DNA of 64,000 nucleotides, taken from NCBI RefSeq assembly GCF_964204645.1, contig NC_134032.1, positions 13,566,275-13,630,274 on the forward strand, read 5' to 3'. The notes below the pieces were generated by a model, which saw nothing but the letters and a program-made list of their open reading frames with translations, had not been told where the DNA came from and ran no database searches. Each line of letters begins with the position of its first letter. Position 1 is the first letter of the stretch. The stretch comes from Tubulanus polymorphus. Taxonomy: Eukaryota; Animalia; Nemertea. The translations under genes and the position numbers were made by a program. Below are positions 61,729 through 64,000 of the stretch, piece by piece.

Positions 61729-62399
61729 AAAAAAGTAATGTAAAGGGTAGATAGGCGGCCGGCCGGGTCAACATTTAAGCTCAGCAGAGCGGAGAAACAA
61801 GGTATCAATTTTTTTTAGCCTAGAAATCAATAGGAAGAATTGTCAATTATTCTACTCACATTCTGCAGCACTGGATGTCAAGTTCATTAGACATTATCTC
61901 ACTGGGGATCCTGCAGAACTTGGGCGTTGATTTCACCAGCAGTTGTTTCACTAGGAGTAGTTTCACTTCTGGAGCACTCTCGATTTCATTTGTAGTGTCT
62001 GTTGATGATTCAACTCAAAGCGTTTCTATTATTTAATTGAAATCAAAAGTGGCAGTCAAAAAACGGACAATTAAATAATCGATCAAACAAAACTTTTGAA
62101 AATTTGATTTACTTACTTGGAACAAGTGCAATAGATATTGAATGAATGGTCTGTTTGTGATGAGATGGTAACAGGAGATACGCCCATATTTAATATCTCT
62201 GAAGAATAAAAAAGTAAATGAAAAACTCATTTCAAAATGTGTGATTGATAATTTCTTAAAAACAAAATCGAGTTTCAGTCTGAATACATACCACATATAT
62301 TTCTATCATAATCAACGATTGACTGAAAGTGTCAAGGGCTGCTGCTGTTGAGGCTGTTCATTACATGGTGAATCAACCTCTCACATGGTATTGGACTGA

Positions 62400-63210
62400 C
62401 TCACTGGAGGTAGATTCTGCAGCACTTTCAAGTCAAGTTCACCAGACAGTGTCTCACTGGGGATAGATTCTGAGCACTTTGAAGTCAATTTCACCAGACT
62501 GTGTCTCACTGGGGATAGATTCGGCAGCACTTTTAAGTCAATTTCACCCGACAGTTTCCCACTGAGGGTAGATTATGCAGTACTTTGAAGTCAAGTTCAC
62601 AACACAGTGTCTCACTGGGGATGGATTCTGCAGCACTTTGAAGTCAATTTCACCAGACAGTTTCCCACTGAGGGTAGATTCTGCAGTACTTTGAAGTCAA
62701 GTTCACCACACAGTGTCTCACTGGGGATGGATTCTGCAGCTCTTTGAAGTCAATTTCACCAGACTGTGTCTCACTGAGGATAAATTCTGCAGTACCTTGA
62801 TGTCAAATTCACCAGACAGTGTCTCACTTGGGGTAGATTCTGCAGCACTTTGAAGTCAAGTTCACCAGGCAGTTTCTCACTGGGGGTAGATTCTGCAGCA
62901 CTTTCAAGTCAAGTTCATCAGGCAGTGTCTCACTGGGGATAGATTCTGCAGCACAATGAAGTCAAGTTCACCAGCCAGTGTCTCACTGGTGATAGATTCT
63001 GCATTTCTTTGAAGTCAATTTAACCAGACAGTCTCTCACTGGGGATAGATTCAACAGCACTTTGAAGTCAAGTTCACCAATGTCTCAGTTGGGATATATT
63101 TTGCAGTACTTTGAAGTCAAGTTCACCACACAGTGTCTCACTGGGGAGAGATTCTGCAGCACTTTGAAGTCAAGTTCACCAGATAATGTCTCACTAGGGG
63201 TAGATTTCTG
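62400..63210. repeat. 53-bp satellite (about 15 units)
   Basis: Unit tcactggggatagattctgcagcactttgaagtcaagttcaccagacagtgtc. Confidence 0.95.
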
Positions 63211-63217
63211 ACAGACG

Positions 63218-64000
63218 TTGGGAGGGACAGTCAAGGGTTTGATTAACGGATGTCGGGAGGTACAGTTGAGGGTTTGATGAACGGATATCGGGAGGGACAG
63301 TCGAGGGTTTGATGTACTGATGTCGGGAGGTACAGTCGAGGGTTTGATTAACGGATGTCGGGAGGTACAGTGGATGGTTTGATGTATGGATGTCAGGAGG
63401 TACAGTCGAGGGTTTGAACGGGTTTCGAGAGGTTGTCATGGGTTTGATGTACGGATGTCGGGAGGTGCAGTCGAGGGTTTGATGTACAGATGCCGGGAGG
63501 TACAGTCGAGGGTTTGGTGAACAGATGTCGGGAGGTACAGTCGAGGGTTTGGTGAACGGATGTCGGGAGGTATAGTCAAGGGTTTGATGTACTGAGGTCG
63601 GGAGGTACAGTCGAGGGTTTGAACGGGTTTCGAGAGGTTGTCATGGGTTTGATGTACGTATGTCGGGAGGTACAGTCGAGTGTTTGATGAACGGATGTCG
63701 GGAGGTACTGTCGAGGGTTTGATGTACGGATGTCGGGAGGAAGTCGGGGGTTTGATGAACGGATGTCAGGAGGTAGAGTCGGGGGTTTGATGAACGGATG
63801 TCGGGAGGTACAGTCGAGGGTTTGGTGCACTGATGTCGGGAGGTACAGTCGAGGGTTTAATGTATGGATGTCAGGATGTACAGTCGAGGGTTTAATGTAT
63901 GGATGTCGGGATGTACAGTCGAGAGTTTGATGTACTGATGTCGGGAGGTACAGTCGAGGGTTTGATGAACGGATGTCGGGAGGTGCAGTCGAGGGTTTGA
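63218..64000. repeat. 35-bp satellite running off the window end
   Basis: Unit tcgagggtttgatg(t/a)ac(t/g)gatgtcgggaggtacag; directly abuts the 53-bp array. Confidence 0.95.

Larger units (their letters stand above)
59442..61820. mobile_element. Second (inverted) copy of the 57716 MITE, split by a nested insertion
   Basis: 59442-59560 and 61729-61820 together reconstruct the reverse complement of 57716-57937. Confidence 0.8.

Noticed and set aside
63194-63930. Short ORFs in the terminal repeats
   Set aside because: The 35-bp unit is not a multiple of three; the ORFs are satellite artefacts.

Overview
Eukaryotic (intron-rich, AT-rich invertebrate, probably lophotrochozoan) genomic DNA, not prokaryotic. 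Left to right: the 3' end of a small single-pass membrane protein (KCNE-like); three tandem GT11 alpha-1,2-fucosyltransferase paralogs (minus); mitochondrial NAD(P) transhydrogenase NNT (minus, 16 coding exons) head-to-head with mitochondrial NADP-isocitrate dehydrogenase IDH2 (plus, 9 coding exons); a secreted PAN/apple-mucin-C-type lectin gene; a perilipin-like gene with acidic and low-complexity tail (minus); a matrix metalloproteinase with a hemopexin domain (minus); then a repeat-rich tail with three satellites and a three-level nest of non-autonomous transposons. The main candidate system is the divergent NNT/IDH2 pair: two major producers of mitochondrial NADPH with start codons 1.5 kb apart, apparently sharing a short bidirectional promoter. 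Also notable: a Helentron-type element carrying a tandem array of near-consensus CTCF motifs, mosaic evolution of the fucosyltransferase array, and a possible Jabba-like lipid-droplet protein. Exon boundaries were read by eye from GT-AG signals and frame continuity. No database searches were run.
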